Positions 62,187 through 64,000 of a stretch of 64,000 nucleotides of DNA are shown piece after piece (position 1 is the first letter of the stretch; each line of letters begins with the position of its first letter). The notes under the pieces were generated by a model. That model did not search any database. It was not told where the DNA came from and was given only the letters and a program-made list of their open reading frames with translations. The position numbers and the translations under genes were made by a program. Location of the stretch: the NCBI GenBank assembly GCA_048013815.1, contig CM106585.1, forward strand, positions 8,246,001 through 8,310,000, in the 5' to 3' direction. This DNA comes from Setoptus koraiensis (Eukaryota; Animalia; Arthropoda).

Positions 62187-62628
62187 AGACCAGGAAAGTA
62201 GGACAGGTGACGCATTCCATGGCGCTGCCCGAACTTTTGTGTCCATGACACGCCCATTACGAGAAAAAACAACAACAACAACAATAATAATAACAAAAAT
62301 TCTCAAAATCACACCCATTTCTACTTGAGGTCCTCACTACATCAATCAAATATTTTATTTGGCATCATATTTTAAAACAAAATATTTGCATATCCCGAAT
62401 CTCTTACGTTCTGTAGACAGACGAGAATGGTGAGGAAACGCTCCCCAAATTATGCCTTCTTTTGATCACATCACCACAGAACATTGTGCGGATCTAGAAA
62501 AATATCCAACAAAACATTTTATTAATTTATTATCCCATGGTGATCAGATGCATCAGACTTATATGAAACTCAGATTGACAGCATACAAATCAAACATGGA
62601 CGGTATGCACAAACAACAGCAACAAAAA

Positions 62629-63280
62629 ATGAAGGTAAGATGACGAATTGGACCCAAAACCAAACTTGCCTCGCTCGCCGACGACATCCATCGCTAACCC
62701 ACCAATGTTTCGCTTCTCATATTTTACAACTAATACATCCGTTTAGGTCACAAATAACCTAACGGTTTTACTCACAAGCTCTACAGTGCTTCTTCTGGTG
62801 TGTGCCACTCTACCCCGAGCTGCTGGATTATCGCCATCAAATTTCTCCTCTTCACCTCAGTTGCCATCAAACACAATTTACAGAGACGACCAACACGATG
62901 ATGTTCGCTGTAAATGTGTCTGTCCCTCTCCGCAAGTGGTATTCAGGGATTCCAGTCCAACTCAAAGGAGATTGTATGTTGGAAACTCTTCGCCAGAACA
63001 ATGTAATTGTTACAACGTAGTCCAGCCTCATATAGATCCCAAGATGTTGTTACAGATCAAAGATTTTTGCGCTAGATGCGAATGCAAATACCAGAGTCGT
63101 AATACGGCCACCATTAGATGGTCGGTATTGTTCGTCGTATTTGTACTGTCAATTCTGTGTCTTTATATGCTAGCCTACAGTCTCTGGGAGAATTACAGAC
63201 TTCACGGAGCAAGAGGCTTTCCCATTCCTTCCTTTTTGAAGGGCTCTAGATTAGATAATGAGCCGTTATCACTTAATTAG
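62629..63280 (+). CDS. TMEM9: TMEM9 family protein; exons 62629..62634 (or from in-frame ATG 62452) and 62747..63280
   Basis: RCKCVCP..CNC..VV.P..FCARCECKYQSRNTATIR followed by a TM helix (WSVLFVVFVLSILCLYML) is the TMEM9 signature. ATGAAG|GTAAGA..TTTAG| (62635..62746, phase 0) yields signal-peptide-like MKVTNNLTVLLTSSTVLLLVCATLPRAAG (179 aa). The start codon is ambiguous. Confidence 0.9.
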
Positions 63281-64000
63281 TTAATTATTATTATTATACT
63301 ATTCACGCACGTTTAGTTATGACTTATGAGAAACAAACTATATACGCACCAAACACAACTATCGCCATAATAGATGAATAGTGCATGGTTTGATATTTTT
63401 GATTCGATTTTATTCAAAAAAGGTCACACAATAATTCTAAATCTAAACCTCTAGTCACATTTGCATCACCAATGCGTCCACCATTAATCCTTACCAGATA
63501 CCGGGATCTCAGTAGTTCAGAATTTCTACCGTTGCATCGACTTGATTGCATCGAGTTTACATCACCCTCTGCCTAGCTAGTAGATTATCCAATTTTAGAA
63601 ACATTATTCAAACTTCCCTCAAACTAGTTTTAGTAGCAGAGAGAATCGCTGGCCTGACATGTGAGCTGTCAGCCATATCAGATTTCAGGTTTCAGTTACA
63701 GATTGCACGACCGATTAATCACCGAGTATAGGAGGGGAAAAAAGGCCTGCTCTCGCCCATCTCGCTCGCACTCACTAAAAATCCGACTAGATCTTTTGTT
63801 TAGTCAACTATTCAGCTTTAGAAGGTCTACCTATATAAGTTCCCATGGAATCTCTTTTATTGAAGCACTGAGAGGGGAGTGCATAAATCATTGATGCGAT
63901 AATTGATTTACAATAATACTCAGTAATGTGAATATAACACCAATCTATTTAGAATCTATGTATCTTGTAGGTGTGATTAAACTCATTTGTGGAAACACAT

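Noticed and set aside
3-63280. Apparent endolysosomal/lipid gene cluster (SR-B, ORP1L, TMEM9)
   Set aside because: The genes are interleaved with unrelated SIRT7 and KCC, and there is no sequence evidence of co-regulation; probably chance in a gene-dense genome.
1-64000. tRNA, rRNA or intact transposon genes
   Set aside because: I saw no cloverleaf or box A/B patterns, rRNA-conserved motifs, RT/integrase/transposase ORFs or long terminal repeats by eye. tRNAscan-SE, Infernal and RepeatMasker would be needed to exclude them.

Overview
Eukaryotic (animal, probably arthropod) genomic DNA from an intron-poor genome. Acariform mite is my inference from gene architecture and the CAA/AAC-rich low-complexity style; it is not demonstrated. 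I spliced seven genes by hand using GT-AG junctions that keep the reading frame. Five are conserved: the 3' part of a CD36/scavenger receptor class B gene (+), SIRT7 (+), an ORP1L-type oxysterol-binding protein with ANK-PH-FFAT-ORD domains (+), a K-Cl cotransporter (KCC/SLC12A4-7 type, -) and TMEM9 (+). The KCC gene has 4 coding exons spread over about 38 kb, with two giant introns of 16.4 and 17.2 kb. The 16.4 kb intron hosts two spliced antisense genes for predicted secreted proteins. One is a PYPV/GGY/Ser/Gln low-complexity structural (cuticle-like) protein. The other carries a cathepsin-propeptide (Inhibitor I29-like) domain with no visible protease domain. The 17.2 kb intron holds a convergent pair of orphan ORFs, one ending in a SOCS/BC-box-like motif. 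Non-coding DNA from about 24 to 61 kb is rich in GGGCCC palindromes and short tandem arrays. I found no tRNA, rRNA, CRISPR array or recognisable intact transposon. All domain calls come from motif recognition by eye; no database searches were run.
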